A stretch of 34,868 nucleotides of DNA from Symbiobacteriaceae bacterium (GTDB lineage: Bacteria > Bacillota > JAAYKD01 > WRDA01): the NCBI GenBank assembly GCA_009783675.1, contig WRDA01000002.1:1-34868 (forward strand). The letters are read 5' to 3'. The translations under genes and the position numbers were made by a program. Of the stretch, positions 1 through 8,555 are shown one piece after another. Numbering within the stretch: position 1 is the stretch's first letter; each line of letters starts with the position of its first letter. Under the pieces are notes generated by a model that saw only the letters and a list, made by a program, of their open reading frames with translations, did no database searches and had not been told where the DNA came from.

Positions 1-440
1 AGAATGACGCTTTGCTGATATGTTATCTCCAGGTTTTCTGGTTTCTGATAGAGCAGTTCCAGTAGAGAACCGAGTATGTTAACACGCTTTAGTTCGACCT
101 CATCAAGGAGATGGAGACACAGAGCACCCATGTATTGGACCAGCTGCTGGGATGCTTCAGATAAACCGAGTCTGTACAGAACCTCTGCATAGTACTCCAT
201 GACGATTCTGACTCGTGGTGTCAACTGATGAGCGTAAGTTTCTGCCTCTTCACTGACACCGACATCCACAGTGGCTCGGTTCTCTCCAAAGAAGGCAATG
301 CGAAGGGACGCCAGCATTTTTTTATGAGGGGTGCGGGGAGTAGCTTCGTCTTCGTCCCTGGTTTGCAATTCTGTAACTAATTCTTCATCGATTGCTGTGT
401 CATCTACACCCATGATGCGTTTGAATAGGTTCTTAGCCAT
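1..440 (-). CDS. hypothetical protein, N-terminal ~146 codons (gene runs off the window start)
   Basis: The minus-strand frame is open from ATG (440..438) to the window edge, with an SD-like GGGGGA about 6 nt upstream. It is missing from the ORF track because no stop lies in the window. The translation starts MAKNLFKRIMGVDDTAIDEE... and matches no family I recognise. Confidence 0.5.
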   Translation of the reverse strand, partial: MAKNLFKRIMGVDDTAIDEELVTELQTRDEDEATPRTPHKKMLASLRIAFFGENRATVDVGVSEEAETYAHQLTPRVRIVMEYYAEVLYRLGLSEASQQLVQYMGALCLHLLDEVELKRVNILGSLLELLYQKPENLEITYQQSVI

Positions 441-471
441 ATATCTTCCCCCTAAAAAATAAGTCGAGGAT

Positions 472-2124
472 GTGATGATCGTGCAGATCACTATAGACAA
501 CAGACCATGTGTCATTGAGAGAGGGACGACTCTGCTGCAGCTGGCACAACAGGAGCAGGAGAACTATCAGTATCAGATCATTGCAGCTGCGTTAAATCAT
601 GAACCGGTAGGCATGCAAAGCTTTCCTCAGGAAGGAGACGAAGTCACCTTCTATAATGTGACAAGTTCTACCGGAACCAGAATCTATCAGCTAAGTCTGA
701 CTTTTGTCCTGATCAAGGCTGTACGCGAGTTATATGCGGATGATGCTGAACTATCTGTAGAGTACAGCCTAAGTACCGGAGTCTTTTGTCAGCTGAAGCT
801 CGCTACGCCTTTGGATGAGTCTGAAGTCTTACGCATTCGTCAGCGCATGGCAGAGATCATCGATGAAGATTTGCCCTTCACCTATGAGCCGTTACCAAAG
901 AGAGAAGCTCTGGAATTTTTCCGGCGCGAAAGACTATGGGAGAGAGTAAGGCTGCTCAGTTATTCGCCTGATGTGATGGTTCATGTTTATCGCCTGGGTT
1001 GGCTTCATGAGTTCTTCTATAGTCCAATGGTTCCTTCTACAGGATATTTAAAGTGTTTCGATCTCTCGTATTACGAAGATGGTTTTATTCTGCGCTTCCC
1101 AACACAAACATCACCCACAGAGATACCAGATTTCAACCCCAGCAGGAAACTTTTTACCATCTACCGTGAAGCGGAAGAATGGGCAAACATTTTACAAGTG
1201 CGTCATGTGCCGGATCTGAATGACCTTTCTGTATCAGGTAACATCATGGAACTCATTCAAACTGCTGAAGGCCTGCACGAGAAGAAGATAGCACAGATCG
1301 CTGATCAGATTGCCGAACGACGCTCACGCCTCATATTGATCTCTGCACCAAGTTCGTCAGGAAAAACCACTTTTGCCAACAGGCTTGCTATTCAGCTGAG
1401 AGTTAACGGCATGCGTCCGGTAACAATAGGGCTGGACAATTATTACCTCAATCGTGGTGAAATACCTCTTGGTGAAGATGGTAATCCTGATTTGGAATCC
1501 CTCTTTGCTCTGGATATCGAAAAATTCAATGACGATTTTATCCGATTACTCGATGGAGAGGTCGTTGACTTGCCTGTTTTTGATTTCACCCAGGGTAGAC
1601 GAGCCGAGCGAAGCAACAGTCTTCGTCTTGAAGAGGGACAACCGGTTGTAATCGAAGGCATCCATGGTTTAAACCCTCAACTGACCCATGGTATTGCCGA
1701 TTCCACCAAGTTTCGGATTTATCTGAGTACCCTGACACAGTTAAACTTCGATCGCCACAACCGAATATACACGACAGATGCCAGACTTCTGCGTCGAATC
1801 GTGCGGGATCATCAGTTCAGAGGCTATCCTGTCGAAGAGACATTAAAAATATGGCCTTCTGTGAGGCGGGGAGAGGAGAAGTGGATTTTCCCCTACTACG
1901 AGGAAGCTGATGCCATTTTTAACTCCCATCTCCTCTATGAGTTAGCCGTGCTGAAACCCTTTGCACTTCAGGAGTTGACTAAAGTAAAGCCAGATTCAGT
2001 TTTCTATACCGATGCCAGCCGACTGATGCAGCTGTTGTCCTACTTCAAAACTGTTGATGCGGAGAGCATCCCTCATAATTCCATTTTACGTGAGTTTGTC
2101 GGTGGCAGCATCTTCCACACTTAA
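472..2124 (+). CDS. uridine kinase/phosphoribulokinase-family nucleoside kinase with an N-terminal TGS-like domain
   Basis: 550-aa ORF. It has a Walker A motif (SAPSSSGKTTFANRL) followed by DNYY, EGIHGLNP and RRIVRDHQFRG, as in uridine kinases. The N-terminus (IVQITIDNRPCVIERGTTLLQLA) resembles a TGS/ThrRS-type domain. The start could be GTG 472, ATG 475 or GTG 481. Confidence 0.75.
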   Translation: MMIVQITIDNRPCVIERGTTLLQLAQQEQENYQYQIIAAALNHEPVGMQSFPQEGDEVTFYNVTSSTGTRIYQLSLTFVLIKAVRELYADDAELSVEYSLSTGVFCQLKLATPLDESEVLRIRQRMAEIIDEDLPFTYEPLPKREALEFFRRERLWERVRLLSYSPDVMVHVYRLGWLHEFFYSPMVPSTGYLKCFDLSYYEDGFILRFPTQTSPTEIPDFNPSRKLFTIYREAEEWANILQVRHVPDLNDLSVSGNIMELIQTAEGLHEKKIAQIADQIAERRSRLILISAPSSSGKTTFANRLAIQLRVNGMRPVTIGLDNYYLNRGEIPLGEDGNPDLESLFALDIEKFNDDFIRLLDGEVVDLPVFDFTQGRRAERSNSLRLEEGQPVVIEGIHGLNPQLTHGIADSTKFRIYLSTLTQLNFDRHNRIYTTDARLLRRIVRDHQFRGYPVEETLKIWPSVRRGEEKWIFPYYEEADAIFNSHLLYELAVLKPFALQELTKVKPDSVFYTDASRLMQLLSYFKTVDAESIPHNSILREFVGGSIFHT

Positions 2125-2151
2125 CCGCGATGATCCTGTTGAATTAGCAAG

Positions 2152-2192
2152 AGGCTGTCTCGTCAGGAGTATCCTTGCGAGACAGCCTTTTA
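2152..2192. terminator. hairpin between convergent genes (candidate bidirectional terminator)
   Basis: An 11-bp perfect stem, aggctgtctcg (2152-2162) with cgagacagcct (2178-2188), is followed by a short T run. It lies between the kinase stop and the rpmB stop. Confidence 0.5.
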
Positions 2193-2218
2193 GGGGTCAA
2201 CCCGATTGCTCTATTTCC

Positions 2219-2410
2219 CTAAGCTCTTTGCACTTTCCCAGAACGCAGGCAACGGGTGCATACACTTAGCTTCACAGGCTGAAGGTTGACAATCGCATGC
2301 ACTGGTTGAAGATTTGGAGCGATCATGCGTTTAGTCTTTCCCTTGAATTTTGTGATACTATTATGTCCGGACTTTACACTCTTGCCACAAATCGCACAGG
2401 CTCTTGCCAT
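2219..2410 (-). CDS. rpmB: 50S ribosomal protein L28 (zinc-ribbon C4 form)
   Basis: The 63-aa product MARACAICGK...PNLQ...VCTRCLRSGKVQRA is the L28 signature, with CxxC...CxxC cysteines. An AAGGAGGTGG SD lies upstream. Confidence 0.9.
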   Translation of the reverse strand: MARACAICGKSVKSGHNSITKFKGKTKRMIAPNLQPVHAIVNLQPVKLSVCTRCLRSGKVQRA

Positions 2411-2457
2411 CAGTCTTCCACCTCCTTGGCGAGCAATATGGTACCCGAACGCGCATC

Positions 2458-2486
2458 ATTATAGCATCTTGTGAGAACTCGTGCAA
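2458..2486 (-). promoter_or_regulatory. sigma-70-type promoter for rpmB
   Basis: The minus strand reads TTGCAC, a 17-nt spacer, then TATAAT (-35 = 2486..2481, -10 = 2463..2458). It sits about 45 nt upstream of the rpmB ATG, immediately after the aminotransferase stop. Confidence 0.55.
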
Positions 2487-2493
2487 GAAAATT

Positions 2494-3693
2494 TTAACGG
2501 CTATTATAAGCACAAAGTCCTTTTTGCAAGATGAGCATAGCTTTGTTGAGATCCTGACGATTCAAGACATAAGCCAGACGTATTTCGTTCCTTCCAGCTC
2601 CCGGGGTAGCGTAGAAGCCATCTGCCGGGGCGACCATGACAGTGGCACCCTCGTAACTAAAGTCACTTAGCATCCAAGCCGCGAAGTCATTAGTATCTTC
2701 AACAGGAAGGACTGCTATGGAATAGAATGCTCCTTTAGGCAGATAGGTCTGCGCTCCGGGAATTGCCAGAATGCCCTGATAAATGACATCGCGTCGGAGC
2801 TGGTATTCTTCACGGACTCTGGCATAATAGGCTTCAGGAACTTTCAGAGCCGCTACTGCTCCGATTTGTTCAAGAGCTGGTGGGCAGAGGCGAGCCATAC
2901 CAAATTTCAATGCAGCCTCAAGGACTGAAAGATTGTGGGTGACTATATTGCCAATACGTGCTCCACAAGCCGAAAAACGCTTGGATATGGAGTCACAGAT
3001 TACCGCATGCCCGGCTAGACCATCGATACTAAGAATGCTAGTGAAAACCGACCCATCATAAATGAATTCTCGATAAACTTCATCTGCCAGGATGAACAGC
3101 CCATTCTTGACCGCCAAGCGTCCAAGACGTTCCAACTCGGACCTGGTATAGACTACACCAGTGGGATTGCCTGGATTACTGAAGAGTATTGCCTTGGTAC
3201 GCGAGGAGATAAGGGATTCCAAGAGATCGTCAGGTGGCAATCTGAACCCATCAGCTGGAGAACCCGGTACAGGTACAATGCTGATCCCTGCCATAGTTGC
3301 AAAACTGTTGTAGTTAGTATAGAATGGTTCCAGAGTTAATACTTCATCTCCTGGATTGCAACAGGTCAACAGACAGAAGAGAACGGCTTCACTGCCACCG
3401 GTAGTAATCAGAATCTCCTGCTCGTTAACATCGACGCCAAAAGAAGCATAATACGGTACTAATCCTGCGCGTAACTCAGGCTGTCCTCCTGACTCTCCAT
3501 AAGCGAGTATCTTAATATCCGCATCATAGATGGCGCGAAAATACTCTGGTGGTGTCTCTATATCCGGCTGTCCGATGTTCAGATGGTAAACTCTAATCCC
3601 CTGATCTTTCGCTCTGTTTGCTAAAGGAACCAATCTGCGAATGGGAGAAGCCTGAACCTCTTGTCCTCGCCGGGCTATTGACAGTTCGTGCAT
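2494..3693 (-). CDS. class I/II PLP-dependent aminotransferase (aspartate/aromatic aminotransferase-like)
   Basis: 399-aa ORF. It carries the PLP-lysine motif SISKRFSACGARIG, plus NPGNPTG and an ASPIRRL N-terminal motif typical of AspC-type enzymes. An AAGGAGGT SD precedes the ATG. Confidence 0.85.
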   Translation of the reverse strand: MHELSIARRGQEVQASPIRRLVPLANRAKDQGIRVYHLNIGQPDIETPPEYFRAIYDADIKILAYGESGGQPELRAGLVPYYASFGVDVNEQEILITTGGSEAVLFCLLTCCNPGDEVLTLEPFYTNYNSFATMAGISIVPVPGSPADGFRLPPDDLLESLISSRTKAILFSNPGNPTGVVYTRSELERLGRLAVKNGLFILADEVYREFIYDGSVFTSILSIDGLAGHAVICDSISKRFSACGARIGNIVTHNLSVLEAALKFGMARLCPPALEQIGAVAALKVPEAYYARVREEYQLRRDVIYQGILAIPGAQTYLPKGAFYSIAVLPVEDTNDFAAWMLSDFSYEGATVMVAPADGFYATPGAGRNEIRLAYVLNRQDLNKAMLILQKGLCAYNSR

Positions 3694-3789
3694 ATCCGGT
3701 TACCTCCTTGCAGTAACTGTAGTTTCATCTATAAACCAGTTCGACATTCTGGTTTTTTTTCCTCCAGGTTGTTAGTAGTTTAATGGCAG

Positions 3790-4836
3790 GTGATGGCATT
3801 GATTCCAGTAGGAAAACTGACTCCACAGCAACTTCATGAAGCTGTTTTCAAGTATAGAGGTTACCAGAGGCCAGAAGTTCTCCTTGGTTCATCTCTGGGC
3901 GAGGATGCTGCTGTTATCGCTTTTGGTCCGGGACAAGTGGTAGTCTCAACGGATCCTATTACAGGCGCATCCTGTCGTTCAGGTTGGTTAGCCGTACATG
4001 TGGCTGCCAACGATGTCCTGTGCAGCGGCGCTGAACCTGTGGCTTGTCTGATTACAATTCTAGCGCCTCTAAATACAGAGGAGAGTAAGATTGCAATAAT
4101 CATGAAAGAAGCTTCAGAGGCTGCCCAGGAGCTTCAAATGGAGATTTGTGGCGGACATACGGAAGTAACCGACAGTGTGAACAGAATCATCATCTCCACA
4201 GTAGTACTCGGGATAAGAAACGAAGAATTATTCCCAGGAAACCTGTGTATTGAACCGGATAGTGCAATAGTGGTCAGTAAACCGGTCGGCTTGGAAGGAT
4301 CTGCTATTCTGGCCAGAGATTACCATCGCCAACTCAGTGGATTTATGGAAAGCAGTGAGTTGGAAGAATTATCATCTTTTTTTAATTCGATCAGTGTTGC
4401 CAGGGAGAGTCGTATCGCTGTACGACATGGTGTCATGGTTATGCATGATGTTACCGAAGGGGGAATCCTTGGGGCCTTATTCGAAATGTCTTTGTCCAGG
4501 AATATGGGCTTCACCCTGGAGGAAGAAGCGATCCCGATTCATCCCCTGACTCATAAACTCTGCCAGATTATGCACGCCGATCCTTTACGACTCATCTCCA
4601 GCGGATGTCTGATCATTGTCTGCCGTGTAGGTGAAACGCTGGTAAAGGAGTTAAGGGAGCAAGGCATGGATGCCGCTGTGGTTGGTCACTTTACCTCCAG
4701 GCAGGAGCGGATCATGCTTCGCAGAGACTCCTCGTCGGGATGCATGGAACGTCATATCATAGACCAACCATCAGGGGATGCTCTGTGGGATATACAGGCC
4801 AGGCTTACGCCCTCCGTCAAGCATCATGATCCCTGA
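3790..4836 (+). CDS. AIR synthase-related (PurM/ThiL/HypE/SelD superfamily) protein
   Basis: 348-aa ORF with GEDAAVI and DPITG motifs N-terminally and GGHT in the middle, typical of the AIRS N and C domains. The precise function cannot be assigned from sequence. Confidence 0.7.
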   Translation: MMALIPVGKLTPQQLHEAVFKYRGYQRPEVLLGSSLGEDAAVIAFGPGQVVVSTDPITGASCRSGWLAVHVAANDVLCSGAEPVACLITILAPLNTEESKIAIIMKEASEAAQELQMEICGGHTEVTDSVNRIIISTVVLGIRNEELFPGNLCIEPDSAIVVSKPVGLEGSAILARDYHRQLSGFMESSELEELSSFFNSISVARESRIAVRHGVMVMHDVTEGGILGALFEMSLSRNMGFTLEEEAIPIHPLTHKLCQIMHADPLRLISSGCLIIVCRVGETLVKELREQGMDAAVVGHFTSRQERIMLRRDSSSGCMERHIIDQPSGDALWDIQARLTPSVKHHDP

Positions 4837-5779
4837 AAGTAACTATACACACCAGAGTGTGATGACAGATGAAGTGGTAGCTTCACTGGCTGCACAACAT
4901 CCTGGCCTCTATCTAGACTGCACATTAGGTGGAGGCGGGCATAGCAGGGCTATCCTGACGACATGCAAAGATTGTCATGTAATTGGTGTTGACCGAGATC
5001 CTGCTGCGATAGCTGCAGCCAGACTTTACCTTGATGATTATCGGCAGGCGATTACTCTGGTCAAGGGAAATTTCAGGGACCTCGATGTAATTGTCAGAGA
5101 GCTGTTCCCTACGATGACGAATCCTTTGCTGGATGGCATCGTGTTCGATTTAGGCGTCTCTTCACCACAGTTGGATGACGAAAGTCGTGGCTTCAGTTAC
5201 TGGGGCAGCCATGAGTTGGATATGCGGATGGACTCCACACAACAGCTGACTGCTGCAATCATCCTTAGCGAAGCATCCGAGGACGAACTCACTCGCATTA
5301 TCCTCGAATACGGTGAGGAGCGCTGGGCATCGCGTATAGCAAGTTTTATCATCAAAGCAAGAGAACACACAAGGATAGAAACCGTGGATCAACTGGTGCA
5401 CATCATCAGTGATGCCATACCCGCAGCAGCCAGACGCCAGGGAGGGCATCCCGCCCGACGCACCTTCCAGGCTTTACGTATAGCCGTGAACGACGAGTTA
5501 GGAGCCTTGCAGGAAGCTTTACCTAAAGCTACAGAGATGCTAAAGCCTGGAGGAAAGATGGTGGTAATCAGTTTCCACTCCTTAGAGGACAGGCTTGTAA
5601 AAGCTTTCTTCAGCGAAGCTGCAAATCCATGTAAGTGTCCCCCCAGATATCCTTGTGTCTGTGGCCTAAAGCCAATACTCAAGCTATATAATCCTAAAGT
5701 CGTATATGCTTCATCTCAGGAAATACTAAAAAACCCCAGGGCGCGCAGTGCAAAGCTGCGTGTTGCTCAACGTATATAA
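4826..5779 (+). CDS. rsmH: 16S rRNA (cytosine1402-N4)-methyltransferase
   Basis: Motifs HQSVM..EVV, DCTLGGGGHS, DLGVSSPQLD and SFHSLEDR are classic RsmH/MraW. I chose the in-frame ATG at 4826, which overlaps the upstream stop by 11 nt, over the ORF-track start at 4778, based on normal N-terminal length. Confidence 0.88.
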   Translation: MIPESNYTHQSVMTDEVVASLAAQHPGLYLDCTLGGGGHSRAILTTCKDCHVIGVDRDPAAIAAARLYLDDYRQAITLVKGNFRDLDVIVRELFPTMTNPLLDGIVFDLGVSSPQLDDESRGFSYWGSHELDMRMDSTQQLTAAIILSEASEDELTRIILEYGEERWASRIASFIIKAREHTRIETVDQLVHIISDAIPAAARRQGGHPARRTFQALRIAVNDELGALQEALPKATEMLKPGGKMVVISFHSLEDRLVKAFFSEAANPCKCPPRYPCVCGLKPILKLYNPKVVYASSQEILKNPRARSAKLRVAQRI

Positions 5780-5923
5780 GCGAAAGGTGGAGGGATCCTG
5801 TCAGCATTAAGGAAAGAAGAGACATGGATTCCAGAGAAGACAGAGGCGCCTCGCAGATATCATGTACCCAAACTTCGCCGCAGACGCTCTCATCTCTGGC
5901 CCTGGCGACGCCTGATTCTGCTC

Positions 5924-6157
5924 ATGCTTATCCTTGGCGTATTAGTCCTGCTGCAACTCAGAGGATATGCCGAAGAGACCAGTCTCTCTTTTCAGATTGA
6001 GGAGAAAACTAAAGGTCTCAACAGCGCGCAGAACTCTACTGAACGTCTCCGAATGGAAATACATCGGGAGAACTCTCTGGAGAGTCTGGAACGAAGAGCA
6101 CAGGAACTGGGATTTACCAAGGCAACACCGCAGCAGTATGCTTCTGTCTTAAGATAA
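5924..6157 (+). CDS. ftsL: FtsL-like cell division protein (septum formation initiator family); the true start is probably upstream and non-canonical
   Basis: It sits between rsmH and the mur genes. It has a single hydrophobic segment followed by a heptad-like coiled coil (EETSLSFQIEEKTKGLNSAQNSTERLRMEIHRENSLESLERRAQELG). The frame is open back to the rsmH stop at 5779, and that stretch encodes a basic juxtamembrane region. Confidence 0.6.
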   Translation: MLILGVLVLLQLRGYAEETSLSFQIEEKTKGLNSAQNSTERLRMEIHRENSLESLERRAQELGFTKATPQQYASVLR

Positions 6158-6190
6158 TTATGCTCGAGGTAGGAAGATGGAGGATCTCCC

Positions 6191-7579
6191 ATGCTAAACC
6201 TTGTACCATCACAGATTGCCCGCATTGTAACTGGGCAAGCTTTCGGTTCTGATGACAGACCCGTCTCAGGGGCTGTCAGTGACAGTCGACTAGTTCGTCC
6301 AGGGTCATTGTTTGTCGCCCTCCGAGGTGAAAGAACAGATGGACATGACTATGCAAATCAGGCTCTGGCCGCAGGTGCTTCTGCTATTCTAACTGAGGAG
6401 TATATTGACGGACTCAGCCCGCAGATAGTGGTGGAAGACTGCCGCAAGGCACTTGCTGAGCTGGCACAGTTTCAATTGCAAAGATATCCTGTCCGCATCA
6501 TCGGCATAACGGGAAGCATGGGCAAGACCTGTACCAAGGACTTGACAGCTTCCGTTTTAAGCCAGCGTTTTTCCGTTCATAAGAGTGAAGGGAACAGGAA
6601 TACCGAGGTATCTTTACCAATGACCATCTTCGACCTGGAACCTCATCATCAGGTAGCGGTGCTTGAGATGGGTATGGTGGCACAGGGAGACATTGCAGAG
6701 TTATGCGCAATCGCCCCTCCTGATCTTGCGATAATCTGTAATATCCTGGAGGTTCATTTGGAACGCTTCAACTCCATTGATGAGATAGCCGATACGAAAG
6801 GTGAAATATTCCAGGCTTTAAGCTCCAAAGGAATCGCTCTGGTCAATAATGATGATCCCAGGGTCGTCGCTCAGAGCCGCAAAGCTTTGGGGCGTAAAGT
6901 CAGTTATGGCCTCACTCACCAGGCAGATATGATGGCTACCGACATCTGCAGTCATGGGATTGAGGGCAGCACTTTCTCACTTATTTTTCCGGATGGTGCG
7001 CAGCAAGTAATCCATCTCTCGCTACCAGGTGTCCACATGGTTAATAATGCTTTACCAGCTGCTCTGGCAGGTCACCTCATGGGGATGACGCCTGTGGAGA
7101 TTGCCTGCGGTCTATCCCAGGCTACACTCTCGGACCAACGCCTCCATATCCGGGAACTGGCCAAAGGCATCACACTGGTTGATGATAGCTATAACTCTAA
7201 TCCTTATTCTGCAGAGGCAGCTTTGCGACTGGTGGCTGACATCCGACAGGAGCGCCCTCTCTTTATCGTTCTTGGAGATATGCTGGAGTTAGGAGAACAC
7301 AGTCGAACTGCTCACCTGAAAGTGGGAAGACTTGTCGCTGATCTGCACCCGGATTTTGTGCTAACTCGAGGTGAACTCTCAGCCCTCATTGGAAAAGAAG
7401 CGGCTAATCATGGTATGCCTGAAGAGAGAGTCCAGCACTTTACCGATAATGAAGAGACTCTCGGGGGCTTAAGAGAGGTGTTGGTACCTGGAGCCCTGGT
7501 CCTGATAAAGGGTTCGAGGGGTATGATGATGGAAAGGATTGTCGAGGGTTTACTGACTGACACCCTCAGGAATGTGTAA
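6191..7579 (+). CDS. murF: UDP-N-acetylmuramoyl-tripeptide--D-alanyl-D-alanine ligase
   Basis: 462 aa. It has an N-terminal DSRLVRPGSLFVALRGERTDGHDY motif, a GITGSMGKT P-loop and the MurF-specific DDSYNSNP motif (MurE and MurC instead carry DYAH). A GGAGGA SD lies 6 nt upstream. Confidence 0.9.
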   Translation: MLNLVPSQIARIVTGQAFGSDDRPVSGAVSDSRLVRPGSLFVALRGERTDGHDYANQALAAGASAILTEEYIDGLSPQIVVEDCRKALAELAQFQLQRYPVRIIGITGSMGKTCTKDLTASVLSQRFSVHKSEGNRNTEVSLPMTIFDLEPHHQVAVLEMGMVAQGDIAELCAIAPPDLAIICNILEVHLERFNSIDEIADTKGEIFQALSSKGIALVNNDDPRVVAQSRKALGRKVSYGLTHQADMMATDICSHGIEGSTFSLIFPDGAQQVIHLSLPGVHMVNNALPAALAGHLMGMTPVEIACGLSQATLSDQRLHIRELAKGITLVDDSYNSNPYSAEAALRLVADIRQERPLFIVLGDMLELGEHSRTAHLKVGRLVADLHPDFVLTRGELSALIGKEAANHGMPEERVQHFTDNEETLGGLREVLVPGALVLIKGSRGMMMERIVEGLLTDTLRNV

Positions 7580-7582
7580 TAT

Positions 7583-8545
7583 ATGCAGAAAATGCTAACT
7601 ATGATCCTGATTACAGCCCTGGTAGGCATTATTCTGGCCCCCTTGCAGATTTATTTCCTGCGGCGATTGAAACTGGGTCAGACAATTCGCCCTGATGGGC
7701 CTCAGACCCATCTGATTAAAGCGGGTACTCCGACTATGGGAGGCTTTATCATCTGGAGTGCCCTTGTGCTAGCCATGCTCCTGAGTGGCATGACAGGTTC
7801 ACCGCTTACCCGGCTTCTCCTGGTAGTTTTCGGACATGTTGCTTTAGGGTTTCTCGATGATTATATCAAGTCAGTGCGTAAAGATCCGGAGGGTTTGTCG
7901 CCACGGTGGAAACTCCTTGGGCAATTGCTTCTTAGCCTCTATTTCTATCTTGCACTCCTCAGAGATGGAGCTCAGTCCCTATTCATACCCCTGTTCGGAA
8001 TCGATTTATACTTGGGATTCCTCTATCCAGTTTTTGTCATCCTCTACATGGTTTTCTTCAGCAATGCCGTGAACTTTGCCGATGGCATAGATGGCCTTTG
8101 CGGAGGTCTGACCCTGATATCGTCGTTGCTTTGCATGTTTTTTGCTCTGCGGCAGGGAGATATAGAGCTGGCCTCTTTCGCAGCCGCTCTCTGCGGAGGG
8201 ATTGTTGCCTTTCTCTGTTTCAACCTCCATCCGGCTCGTATCTTTATGGGAGACACCGGCTCTTTGGGTCTTGGGGCAGCCATCGCCGCCATGTCTTTAT
8301 TGTTAAGGCAGGAGCTGCTTATGCTCCTGGCTGGTTTTCTGTTTATCGTGGAAATGCTGTCGGTAATTCTGCAGGTCTCTTATTTTAAGTACACACGCCG
8401 TCGTTATGGTAGCGGTCGCAGAATCTTTCGCATGGCCCCTTTTCATCATCATCTGGAGCAATTGGGCTGGAGTGAATGGCGGGTCGTTATCCTATTTTGG
8501 GGTCTGGCCTGCCTCTCGGCCTCTCTGGCTTATCTCATGGCTTAG
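7583..8545 (+). CDS. mraY: phospho-N-acetylmuramoyl-pentapeptide transferase
   Basis: 320-aa polytopic membrane protein. It carries TPTMGG, LGFLDDY, NAVNFADGIDGL, MGDTGSLGLG and PFHHHLE motifs. Confidence 0.95.
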   Translation: MQKMLTMILITALVGIILAPLQIYFLRRLKLGQTIRPDGPQTHLIKAGTPTMGGFIIWSALVLAMLLSGMTGSPLTRLLLVVFGHVALGFLDDYIKSVRKDPEGLSPRWKLLGQLLLSLYFYLALLRDGAQSLFIPLFGIDLYLGFLYPVFVILYMVFFSNAVNFADGIDGLCGGLTLISSLLCMFFALRQGDIELASFAAALCGGIVAFLCFNLHPARIFMGDTGSLGLGAAIAAMSLLLRQELLMLLAGFLFIVEMLSVILQVSYFKYTRRRYGSGRRIFRMAPFHHHLEQLGWSEWRVVILFWGLACLSASLAYLMA

Positions 8546-8555
8546 GAGTGGAAAA

